NCBI GenBank assembly: GCA_965644315.1
Contig: CBFFRQ010000096.1
Location: 328,822 to 392,821, forward strand
Direction: 5' to 3'
Length of the DNA stretch: 64,000 nucleotides
Origin: Caecitellus pseudoparvulus
Lineage: Eukaryota > Protista > Bigyra: Bicosoecida
Positions 23,113 to 33,522 of the stretch are shown here, piece by piece. The notes beneath the pieces are model-generated. The model saw nothing but the letters and a program-made list of their open reading frames with translations, did not search any database and was not told the origin of the DNA. Position 1 is the stretch's first letter. Each line of letters opens with the position of its first letter. The position numbers were made by a program, and so were the translations under genes.

Positions 23113-23598
23113 TTGCCACTCTCGTGTCGCTGCGTGGGCTGTGGGCAGGCGCAGTTGTGAGACGTTTCGGCCGCGTTTCGGCTTCCCACCACACCCGCGG
23201 AAGCAGGCCTAGCACAGCGGGGACTGGGTTTGTAGCGTTGCAAAGGTCAGATTCATACACCACTGCTGTAGGGCGCACTCTGAGGGCGGATGAAATGTGA
23301 AGATTGCCAGCAAGCGACTCAGGGGGCGTTTCCGAACGACGGCTGCCCAAAGGGAAGTCCCCCCCAACTTGCGCCCCAGTCCCACCGCAGACAGAAGCTC
23401 TGTGCAGGACACAGGCACACGGGGTCCACAACCCAGCATCTCCCTCTGCACTCCCGCGAGTATCTACGCTCACCCTGTACAGCACCGCCCTTTGCTGTCT
23501 GCCTCCGCACACCATCACAGTAGTACGACTGAGCCAGCGCCCTGCTCTCGACGCCACACGCAGCCACGAGCCCCGCACCCCTGCCGCAGGTACCAGTC

Positions 23599-23864
23599 AT
23601 GTCCGGCATGCCGGCTGCTTCCACCATCGTGCGCATGGTCGCCACCCGCGCCGAGTATGCCGGCTTTCGGCAGCTGCGCCCCCGTGAGTGCGGCAATTGG
23701 CAGGTGCGCCATCACGCCCGCGTTCACGGTAGCGTGCGTGCTCCTCCGCAGTCGCTGCATTTGGTGCGCCCGCCCTTGGCTTTGTGTGGTGGGCCCTGCC
23801 CACCACTGTGAAGGCGGACCTCATCCCCGCCCTGTACGCGGAGCCGGAAGAGGAGGCACAGTGA
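23599..23864 (+). CDS. 65-aa single-TM microprotein, probable cytochrome bc1 subunit QCR10/UQCR11-like
   Basis: Exons 23599-23683 and 23752-23864 (GTGAGT...CCGCAG intron) give MSGMPAASTIVRMVATRAEYAGFRQLRPLAAFGAPALGFVWWALPTTVKADLIPALYAEPEEEAQ*, followed by the CAATGCA 3' motif. Confidence 0.6.
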
Positions 23865-23938
23865 AGCAATGCAGCGCACGCATGACACAGCCGCTTCACA
23901 CGACAGGGCCACCTCCCGCCACACACCATGTGCTGCAT

Positions 23939-25543
23939 TTAGGACTGGGCGCACTGCACAGCACGCATGCCGCCAGGGCCGCCACCCTCCTCGTCGCTGT
24001 CGGCAGCGGCGTCCTTGCCCAGCTGCTCCCTGGCCCGGCGAGCCTCCAGGTCCACGTCCGTCATGAGCTTCTCCTCCGTCAACTCGTCCACCTCAATGGG
24101 GGCGGCGGGAGGGGGGCCCGGCAACACGCCGCGCAGGACCGCCTTCTGCGCGTCCGTCAGCACCAGCGTCTCGGGCATCTTGACGTCGAACTGAATGAAC
24201 AGGCACCCCCGCATGAAGGTGTTGCCGTAGATGGGCATGCCCTCGCCCTCGATCTGCTTGATGGCCTCGTGCTGCACGACCTCCCCGGGCGTGCTCTTCA
24301 CCAGCACCTTGTGCTCGTCCAGGTGCTGCACCAGGAACTCCACGCCTGTCAGGGCCTCCAGCAGGGAGATCTCCTTCTTCATGATGAGGTCGGCGCCCTT
24401 GCGCTGGAAGGTCTCGTGCTCCTTGGTCTTCACCACGAAGATGACGTCGCCAGGCAGCTGGCCAGGGATGACATCCCCCTCCCCTTCAAACGTGATGCGG
24501 TGCCCGTCCCGCACGCCTTGCTCGATGTCCACCGTCAGCACCTTGCGCTCGTTGCGCTTGTTGTACCGGTTGCCCATGTTGTCCATGACGTTGCCAGCAG
24601 GGTCCTTCTCATACAGGGTCTTGGTCACCGCCAGCCTGACGGTCTTGCCCTTGTACACGTCCTCCAGGCTCACGCGGATGGGGTGCACGGTGGGGTCACC
24701 CTTGCGGGGCCCGCGGGGACCACGCCGGCCCCCGCCGAACAGGGCCTCGAAGATGTCTGCGGGGCCGTCACCCCCATCGCCCTTCTCCACAGCATCCAGC
24801 CCACCGCGGTCGTACAGGGAGCGCTGCAAAGCCGAGCGTGGAGTGGGTGCGGCCCGGCCGGCGCAGGCCAGGACGAGCAGTCACGCCTCACCTTCTCCTC
24901 GTCTGACAGGATGTCATACGCAGCCTGGATGATCTTGAACTGGTCAGGGTCCCCACCCTTGTCTGGGTGATGCTGTGCACGGGGGCAACTCGCAAAGCGC
25001 ACGTGACTGACGGAAGGTCCTCCATGAAACGTGGAGCGCTACGAAACGCCAACGTGCACGTCGAAACTCGACGCCACACGCCTGCGCAGAGCAGCACACT
25101 CACGGTGCGTGCGAGTTTCAGGTATGCCTTCTTGATTTGCCCCTTCGTGGCCTGCTTGTCCACGCCCAGCGCCTCATACAGCTTCGTGGTGTCCACCTGC
25201 GCACGTCGAAAGAAAGACCAACCGTGCAGCGCCGCAGCCCAACGAACACTTGCATCGTTGGCCGCGCTGTCGCAGCACAGCAGCAGCCAAGGCCGCCAGT
25301 CCTGGCGACATGGACACCTCTTCAAGCCAACCAACGCCAAGCGGAGCCGCGCACGCCCCTCCGCCCTGCGCACGGCCCAGGGTTTTCGCCAGCACTTACA
25401 TCCCGCTCTGGCTCCTCGTTGCCTGGGCTGCCGCCAGAGCTGTGCCCGTGCATGTGCGGCATGCCGCCGGGGAAGCCCCCTGGGAAGGGGAATCCACCGC
25501 CTCCGCCCATCCTCACGAATGGAATGCCTCCTGGGAAAGACAT
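23939..25543 (-). CDS. DnaJA/Ydj1-like Hsp40 co-chaperone, lacking the zinc finger, with CaaX (CAQS); 4 exons
   Basis: J-domain LYEALGV...IKKAYLKLART|HHPDKGGDPDQFK, G/F region DIFEALFGG, CTD I/II (PGDVIFVV, KKEISLLEALTG, GEGMP, LFIQFDV), C-terminal CAQS. Confidence 0.92.
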
Positions 25544-25734
25544 GCTGACTGGGACCGTGCGGGTGGCGTTCGCCTGCGGAACTTGCGCTCAACACGCCTG
25601 AAAGGCTGGGGAACGAGTGGCTGTGCAGCGGGGATGGAAACACGACAGGGCATGGCAGTCGCGAACATGAATTGGCTTGCGAAAAGAAGTGTCCCGGCCA
25701 GTGCGGTGCATCGCGCGCAGTGGAGCAGGAGCCC

Positions 25735-26715
25735 TCACCAGGCGCCCTCCTCCCACGCCTGCGCACACACCGCCTCGTACACGATGAAGGTGATCACCGT
25801 TGACGGGATGGCCCGCATGATGCTGGCAGTGACGCCTGCATACAAGCCTGGCAGCCCCGTGCGCCCCCACAGCCACCGCCCGGCCTCCAAGGCAGAGGAG
25901 AACCTGTGCCTGCCGCCCCCCAAGCCCCGGTCATCCTGCATCACGTTCCGCACCGTCTCCAGCGGGTACGTCAGCAAGCTTGCCACCACCTTGGAGATGG
26001 ACGACGCGCACAGGATGCCGAGCGGGTGCCCCGAGTCTGCCACGCCAAACGCCGCCTTCAGCCCCTCGTACAGTGGAAACTGCACGGCGACGTGGGACGC
26101 CCCCAGCAGCGACGCGCCCAGGCCCCGGTACAGTGACAGCACGCCCTCCTGGGCCACAACCTGCCGCAGCGCGTCGAGTGTGCCCTTGTAAGGGGGCCTG
26201 CCGTGGCCCAGCTGCTGGTGCAAGTGCTGTGTCTGCAGCCGCACACGCACCGTCCACAGCGGGTACGTGACGATGTCCCCCACCACGCCAGCACACACAG
26301 CAGCGCCAGCAGAGGCCAGGATGCCACGGCCAGGGAAGCTACCTTTGTCACCGCTTGTTGCAGCTGCTGACGGCAGCTGGCCTCCAGCCGCCGCCCGTTT
26401 CGCACTCTCGTACACGGTAAAGTACACGCCCCAGAACCCCGGAATGAGGAAGACTGCAGTGCTGTAGCCCCGAAAAAGTCCCATCACTCCTTCCCTGGCG
26501 ACCATGGCCCGCAAGGCGCCTCTGGTGCTTGCGTACAGGGACCGCACCTTGGCCGCCTCGTGCTCTGACGTGCCAGGTCCAGTGGGCACAGCAGCCTGCA
26601 CCTGCATGCGGGACTGAGCCACTGTGAGACCATTCAGAAGGGTTGCTGACACGTATCCTCCCAGAATTCCACCAAAAGCATGTTGGGCTACGCTTGCATC
26701 TCCACCAGCAGGCAT
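25735..26715 (-). CDS. Mitochondrial carrier (SLC25; NAD+/folate/FAD carrier-like)
   Basis: Three carrier repeats. YPLWTVRVRLQ (Trp variant typical of NDT1/FLX1/SLC25A32-type carriers), EGVLSLYRGL, HVAVQFPLYE, YPLETVR. Confidence 0.85.
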   Translation of the reverse strand: MPAGGDASVAQHAFGGILGGYVSATLLNGLTVAQSRMQVQAAVPTGPGTSEHEAAKVRSLYASTRGALRAMVAREGVMGLFRGYSTAVFLIPGFWGVYFTVYESAKRAAAGGQLPSAAATSGDKGSFPGRGILASAGAAVCAGVVGDIVTYPLWTVRVRLQTQHLHQQLGHGRPPYKGTLDALRQVVAQEGVLSLYRGLGASLLGASHVAVQFPLYEGLKAAFGVADSGHPLGILCASSISKVVASLLTYPLETVRNVMQDDRGLGGGRHRFSSALEAGRWLWGRTGLPGLYAGVTASIMRAIPSTVITFIVYEAVCAQAWEEGAW

Positions 26716-26990
26716 TCCGAGTGTGGCGCTCGAAACATGAAACGACGCGATGAAACGCCAGTCTCCCAATCCAGCCACGGAAGCCAAAGGTCGAGCAAGT
26801 CCCCATGCGTGATAGGATGGAGTACGGTACAGTCCAATCTTTTCGTTTTGGCGTGCATTATCACTTGCCCACTGTGCACGGGCGCTTCGCAGAGCCTGAG
26901 ATGCACCGAGAGCAGTCCTGTTGGCATGCAAAGTGCTTGGATCTTGTGTGTTTTTGAAAAAAGCAAAATTCGCGATAGCCAAGTGGACGA

Positions 26991-27062
26991 GGGCGTGTGG
27001 TACAGTGGTAGCACGCATCATTTGCATTGATGAGGTCCGGGGTTCGATTCCCCGCATGTCCA
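26991..27062 (+). tRNA. tRNA-Ala (anticodon UGC)
   Basis: Cloverleaf: acceptor GGGCGTG/CATGTCC with the G3:U70 Ala identity pair, anticodon stem CATCA/TGATG with loop TT-TGC-AT, T-arm CGGGG-TTCGATT-CCCCG, discriminator A. One A:C mismatch in the D stem. Confidence 0.92.
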
Positions 27063-27066
27063 GCTC

Positions 27067-27071
27067 TTTTT
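27067..27071 (+). terminator. RNA polymerase III oligo-T terminator of tRNA-Ala
   Basis: TTTTT run 5 nt downstream of the tRNA 3' end. Confidence 0.7.
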
Positions 27072-27160
27072 CCCACTTTCATCCCCTATCTTTGATAGGA
27101 AGACAGCGTTAACTCTTCGTAAGCAGACTGGCGAACGGTGCATTGAGTTAAGGTCCTGAT

Positions 27161-28898
27161 TCACAGCCTTGAGTATTGGGGGTGTTCGTGCAGCCACTGC
27201 TGTGCGTCTGCGGCAGCTTGACGGTCGACAACGTACCTTCCCGCATGCACGTCAGCAACGCGAACTGGAAAACGGGAAACCATCACTTCGCCACCTTTTG
27301 CAGAATTCGTGAGGTTCTTTAATGCTTGCAGACCCACAGTCACAACAGGTCCACCACGAGTGGAGGTCAGTCGAACGGGGTCCAAGGTCAAGCGGCCCGT
27401 GACCGAGCACGTGAGCGAGTGGGGGGGATTCGCACTGGGTGTGGATGCAGCCTCATCCGTAGGACGAGGAGTTCGGTGGTGGCGTGGCTTAGCTTGGTGG
27501 TGTCGCGGCGAAGCAGCTGCTGCGCCAGACGAAGAAGCAGCTGCTGCTGGGCTGTGGGTGTGGCCAGAGTGGCGTCTCGCATGAGTCGGAGTGGCGCGAC
27601 GAGAGGCATCATGCCCTGAAGACCACTTTGGGGTGAAGCGCACGGTGGTGTGAGGGTGCTTGCCTTCGACCGTGAAAATGGTTGGGAGGGAAGACAGCAT
27701 TACTTGCAGGCCTTCCAGGTCAAATGCACGCGCAATCTGGCCTGGACTGCAATTCAGGTGCTCTGAGTCACTGAGAAGATTGCCGAAGTCTGCCAAGCCC
27801 ACTGCCATTTCTCTTCTCGTTGCCTCCTTGAGGGCTGAAATGATTCTTAGAACCACACTGTGAGGGATGCGGCCTTTGGGGTGCTCACACCTCAAGTCCC
27901 AGTTTGGCGTCACGGTGTACTTGTCACCATCTGAAAGAAGGTTTGCCTGTTGCATGCGTTTAACTACTTCGCTCCACTCTTCTACGTCCGCATTGGCGGG
28001 GGGGGCGTCTCCGAAGCGGTCCTGCAGAAACTGCTCCGCGGACACGTCGCGACACTCTTCTCCAGTCGCGAAATGGAACGCGTACATCACGTCCCTCACA
28101 AGGCTAAGTGGCAAGGCTTGCGCTCCAGAGAAAAGGACGGCGGTAGAGGACCTCCTTGGCTTTGAAACAGACCGCTCCTTGGTCGAGGCGGCTGGGGACT
28201 TCGTCGCACTGTCGCTGGCCCCTGCAGAAGTCTCAGCTCGAGCGCTTGGCGAAGCCTTGACTCTTTGGCGACCGGAATCAGAAGCTACAGCACTTGCCGA
28301 CACTTTGGGCTTGCTCTTCCTCTGCTTCGGTTTCGAGCCAGCATCTCTTTCGGGTGCGTTTCCTAGCGCAGGCGACTGTTCGATGAACTCGAGGAAGTGA
28401 GTCTTCTGGGGCTGACACGTCTCTGTCACTTGTCTCATGAAGTCCTCTGCCGCATGCCTGGCGGCCCTGTTCTTGTTCGTTGCGCCCAGAGCGAAGATGG
28501 TCGTCAGTGCAACGAAAGCGCCTTCAATTTCAGGATGAAACGTTGGACCCTGCGGGAGGGACACAGAGCACTCGCGCTTCTCCACGATGCCAGCCAGGCC
28601 TTCCCCCGCATTCTGGATGCCCCCTGCATGTGCAGCGGTGACAGGTGCGGCGCGGAGCATGAGGTGCAGACTCGCGTTGCAGCTGGTGCGGCTTTGCGCC
28701 AGCACTTGCGCTTCACGGCAAGTGCCCGCAGATGCACTCACGCAGCAGGGTCAGCGGAGCAGACACGTGAATGATGCCCTCTTGTGAGCTTTCTATCACA
28801 TGCACCTTGTTGATGGCGTCCCTGGCGCTCCGCCCGCCGTCTGCCCCGCCTCGTGTGCGCAGCGGAGACGGCCGGCGAAACGCACCCTCGCCGTCCAT
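27161..28898 (-). CDS. Uncharacterised protein with LOTUS/OST-HTH-like domain(s) and a degenerate C-terminal U-box
   Basis: Exon 1 MDGEG...LTLL joins exon 2 RGIQNAG... via a GTGAGT...ATGCAG intron. 'VGLADFGNLL...ARAFDLEGLQVMLSSLPTIFTV' is LOTUS-like; 'PPHSLTCSVTGRLTLDPV...AQQWLHEHP' is U-box-like. Confidence 0.5.
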
Positions 28899-29209
28899 GC
28901 TTGCGTGCGCGTGAGGCTATGCAGCAATCGCTGCAGCTTCAGGGCGCGCCTGCCCAGGAAGTGCTTTGTGGCGGTGTTGTGCGGGTTTTTGTCGGGTCAC
29001 GGAAGTGCTTGAGGAGGCTCCCAGCTTGCTGGCGAGACAGTCGAGAAAGGTGCTGGTGCAGGTGTGCCAGCAGAAATGACTGTTCCCGGGCACAGGTCAA
29101 GCTGTCGGCCAGGAACATCTCCAATGCCCCCCTCCCTTCCCCACATATTCAGGCATGCGCTTCAGCAACGGCGAGACGCCCAAGCAAGCGCGCGTGCATT
29201 GCGGGCAAG

Positions 29210-31570
29210 TCAGGACGCCTGAGCCTTCAGCCACTTGGCGTGGGTCTTCTGGTGGTTCTTGAACAGCTTCGCCGCCTTCTTCGCCCCTGCCTTGGTCAGG
29301 GGTTCGCCCGCCGCGTCTGCTGTCGGCAAGCCGTCCTCCCCGAACTGGGTGTACATCGGGTCGGTCCCATCAGGCACCGTCAAGGAGGCCATAAACTGCG
29401 CTGGCGTCATGGCAGCCACGCGGGCCTTCTCTGCCTGCTCCTTGGCCAGGCGCTCCTTCTCAGCGGCCTTGGCGGCGGCCTTGGCGGCGGCGGCAGCCTG
29501 CTTGGCATCCCGCTCCTTCAGCAGCTCTGCCGGGTCCCCCAGCTTCCAGATGGCAGGGGCGGCAGGGGCGGCGCCACCACTTCCCCCTGCCGCGGCAGCA
29601 GCAGCAGAGGTCGCACCTGCATCCTCCAGCTGCACGCCCAGTGGCGGCAGGACCTCGTCCCGCAGCGCATCGCAGGCGGCCAGGATGGCGCCCGTGTCCT
29701 TGGCCTTGGCTGCCTCCCGCACAGTGGAGCGGAAGGTGGCCAGCGCGTCCAGGTACGGCGTGAGCAGCTCCTCCTTGCTGGTGCTGGCGCCGGTGGCCAC
29801 GTGGCCGATGGGGCGCTGCGGCGCGATGAGCCCGAACAGCTTGAACGTGCGTGTGACGAAGGCGGCGGCATTGTGCAGGACGGTGGGCACCGGCGTGCCT
29901 TCCGACATGTACTTGTTGGTGTCCCGCACCACCCGCTGCAGCACTCGCATGGCGGTGGGCGTGTCGAAGTCGTCGCACAGTGCCGCGTGCAGGTCTGCCT
30001 GGGCAGCTGCCAGCCCCGACAGCGCTGCCAGCTCACGTGGGCCGTAGTGCTGGGACGCCGCGCCCAAGCCAGCCGCGCCGCCCTGCAGCGCCCGCAGCTG
30101 CACCTTGACGTTGTCGAAGAAGGATGAGAACAGGCGGTCTAGGGCCTCCACCTGCTCCATGCTCTCGCCGGAGTAGTCCATGGGCGCGTTGTACTTGTGC
30201 ATGAGGAAGAGCAGGCGCAAGCTGCGGGCGGAGAACTTCTTCAGCGCCTCGCCGATCTTGATGAAGTTCTTCAGGCTCTTGCTCATCTTCAGGCCGTCGA
30301 TGTTCAAGTGCCCGCTGTGCACGAAGTAGTTCACCCACTGCCCGATGCCCAGCGCAGCCTCCGCCTGCGCCAGTTCGTTGTCGTGGTGGGGGAAGCGCAG
30401 GTCCACGCCGCCGGAGTGGATGTCCATGGAGCCCCCCGTCAAGTCCTTCAGCACTGCCGTGGCCATGGCGGAGCACTCGATGTGCCAGCCTGGCCGGCCG
30501 GGGCCCCAGGGGGACGGCCACGCAGGCTCGCCCTCCTTGCTCGCCTTCCACAGTGCGAAGTCGCTGCTGTCGCGCTTGTCCTTCAGGCCACTGCTCTGGC
30601 TCAGGCGCCCCTCGCCCTCCTCCAGCGCGGCCGAGTTGCCGACGTTCTCAGGCACCAGCTTGCCGTACGCGTGGCCGGAGGTGCTGGTGGCGCTGAACGC
30701 AGGCACGTCAAAGTACACCGATCCCCCTGCAGCGTACGCGAAGCCGCGGTCCATGATGTCCTGGATCATGGCAATGACTTCCGGGACGTACTCGCTGACG
30801 CGTGTGATGGCGTGGGGCGGCAGGACGCCTGCAGGGGTGGGCGGCATCGCAGCGTTTCGCGCACGTTTCAGGAGCCCGTCAAACTCCGCCGAACGCACCC
30901 AGGGCCTTCATGTCGTCCATGAACTCAGCCTCAAAGGTGCGGGACAGTTCGCTGAAGGTCATGCCACGGGCGGCACTGCGCTCAATGATCTTGTCGTCGA
31001 TGTCTGCGCGCACAGGCAGCCGGCGCAGTGACGGGTGGCGCAAAGGAACTCTGCGCGGGCAAAGTGGGGCAGCTGCGCAAAGTCCTGCGACGCACCCGTG
31101 ATGTTCATGACCAGCGTGACGTCGTAGCCAAAGTAGTCCGTCATGATCCGCCGCAAGATGTCAAAGACGACGTAGGTGCTGCGGGGGCGGCGGGAGCGGT
31201 GGCCCGTGCGGCGTGCACATTCTCACAAGGCGCAGGGCACCAGGCCACGCACCGGGCGTGCCCCATGTGGGCCGAATCATACACTGTGGGTCCGCACATG
31301 TACCAGGACACCGCCTTGCCCTTCTTGGGGATGAACGGCACCTGCCGTGCAACACGCAGGGAGGGCGGGTGAGGGAACAGGCACGCCCGACGCGCTGCGG
31401 CCGCCTCGCCGCACCTTGCTGCGCGTGAGGCTGTTGTACATGCGCAGGGGGTAGAACGTGTCGTAGAAGGACAGCATGGAGGGCATGGGAGACGGCATGC
31501 GCCACGTCGGCTGCTTGGTCTCCACGACGGCGTCCGCCGGCACTTCGCCGGCCTGCGTAGCGTCAGCCAT
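29210..31570 (-). CDS. CARS1: Cysteinyl-tRNA synthetase (cytosolic), 5 exons
   Basis: YNSLTRSK|...[18 protein letters not shown]|[10 protein letters not shown]...MNIT|DIDDKII; [41 protein letters not shown]. Confidence 0.96.
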
Positions 31571-31836
31571 GGTCGAATTGCGTGGGCAGGGCGCTGGAGG
31601 GCGCGGGGGTGGCGCAGCGTGCAGCACGTGCATCACATCCAGGGCCGCGGCTGGCAGTGTGAGTGTGGTGGGGAAAGTGCTGCAGGTAGGGGAGTGCGAA
31701 AGGCCCCAAGGCCGCCTGCGGAAATTGGGCCGCCACCCAGCCAGAAGACCATGCCCTGCGGCAGCCACATTTCCTGCCCACTCTGAACTGCAGCGCGTTG
31801 CGTGCTTGGTTCCCTTGGTCATCCCCTGTCGGCACC

Positions 31837-33474
31837 ATGGCTCTGCGTCTGTCCTCTGCCGCTGTGCGGGCTGCCGTGAGTTGGGCGGAATGCTCTGCGC
31901 CCCCTCGCCCACACCAGCACATCCCCGCCCCGCCCTGCCCCCTGCCAGGCGCAGGCCAGCCGCTGCATGAGCAGCGTGGCCTCCGCCACACAGGCATACC
32001 CCGCACACGTGTTGAATGTGCCCGCCACCGAGGTGACAACCCTGGGCAATGGCGTGCGAGTGGCCACTGAGGTGTGTGCCTGCGGCAGTGCGGCATCAGC
32101 GGCGTCGTATCACGCATGCTCGGTTCCCACGCCTCCCCCCCGCGCAGGGTGGCCACGGAGAGACTGCCACAGTGGGCGTGTACATTGATGCTGGTAGCCG
32201 GTATGAGACCGCTGCCAACAACGGCGTGGCGCACTTCCTGGAGCACATGAACTTCAAGGGTACCAAGAACCGCACCAAGACTGGCCTGGAGATGCAGGTG
32301 GAGGACATGGGCGGCCACCTGAACGCGTACACGAGCCGGGAGCAGACTGTGTACTACGCCAAGGTGTTGAAGCAGGACGTGGGCGCTGCCGTGGACCTGC
32401 TGGCTGACATGCTCACTGGCAGCAAGTACGACGAGGCCGCCATCGAGGCGGAGCGGGGCGTCATCCTGCGGGAGCTGGAGGAGGTGTCCAAGATGCCCGA
32501 GGAGGTGCGGCGCCAAGGGTCACGCAGACGCTCCCTCCACCACATCACCATGCCCCCTCCCCCCCCCCCCGCAGGTCATCTTCGACCAGCTGCACGAGAC
32601 GGCATACCAGGGCAGCAGCATGGGGTACACCATCCTGGGCTCGCCCGAGAACATCCGCAGCATCAGCCGCGCTGACCTGCAGAACTTCGTGGACACGCAC
32701 TACACCGGCCCGCGCATCGTGGTGGCTGGTGCGGGCGCCGTGGAGCACGGCGCCCTCGTGGAGCTGGCCGACAAGGCTTTCGGCAGCCTGCCCTCCACGC
32801 CTGCCTCGGGCAAGGCCGTGGAGCTGCCCCCCGCGCCCTTCGTCGGCTCAGACATCCGCATGCGGGACGACTCCCTGCCCACCGCCCACGTGGCGCTGGC
32901 CTTCGAGACGGGCGGGTGGCTGGACGGCCACGCCTTCCCCATCATGGTGCTGCAGCAGCTGCTGGGGCAGTGGGACCGCGCAGACGGCAGCGGCGCCAAC
33001 GTGTCCTCTCCCCTGTGCCGTGAGCTGGCAGCGGGCCCCTACGTGCACAGCGCCTCCACCTTCAACACGACGTACAAGGACACAGGCCTCTTCGGCGTGC
33101 ACTTGGTGGCGGACCCCACCGACGTCTTCACCGCCACCGCCATCGCCATGCACAACCTGGCGCGCCTGGCCACCGACACGACAGACGTGGAGGTGCAGCG
33201 CGCCAAGCAGCAGCTGGCCACCGCCCTGACCATGAGCCTGGACGGCACCACCGCCGTCTGCGAGGACATCGGGCGCCAGATGCTCACGTACGGCCGCCGC
33301 ATGACGCCTGCTGAGGTGTACGCTCGCATCGCCTCCGTGGACATTGCCGACGTGCAGTCTGCCGCCATGGCCATCATCCACGACCAGGACATCGCCGCCG
33401 CTGGCCTGGGCAACGTGCACGAGATGCCCGACTACAACTACCTGCGCCGCCGCACATACTTCACCTCCACTTGA
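31837..33474 (+). CDS. PMPCB: Mitochondrial processing peptidase beta subunit / bc1 core 1 (M16), 4 exons
   Basis: Presequence [13 protein letters not shown]; [40 protein letters not shown] (inverted HXXEH), [42 protein letters not shown]. Confidence 0.95.
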
Positions 33475-33496
33475 GCAGGGCACACAGCGGAGTGGC

Positions 33497-33504
33497 AATG
33501 CATT
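33497..33504. promoter_or_regulatory. Palindromic AATGCATT putative bidirectional 3'-end signal between convergent MPP-beta and ATG9
   Basis: Lies in the 48-nt gap between the two stop codons; the same hexamer recurs after most stops in the window. Confidence 0.55.
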
Positions 33505-33522
33505 TCCACGGCGCGACACGGC

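Noticed and set aside
26716-27057. N-terminal extension of the mitochondrial carrier ORF (440-aa call)
   Set aside because: It runs antisense through the tRNA-Ala and AT-rich promoter DNA; the carrier fold starts at Met 26715.
28960-29010. 'PDKNP' J-domain-like fragment on the minus strand
   Set aside because: No HPD motif and no coherent frame; it lies upstream of the ATG at 28898.
26991-29200. tRNA-targeted integrated element carrying the LOTUS/U-box gene
   Set aside because: No duplicated tRNA end, terminal repeats, integrase or RT; the gene has a host-type intron and the host AATGCA motif.
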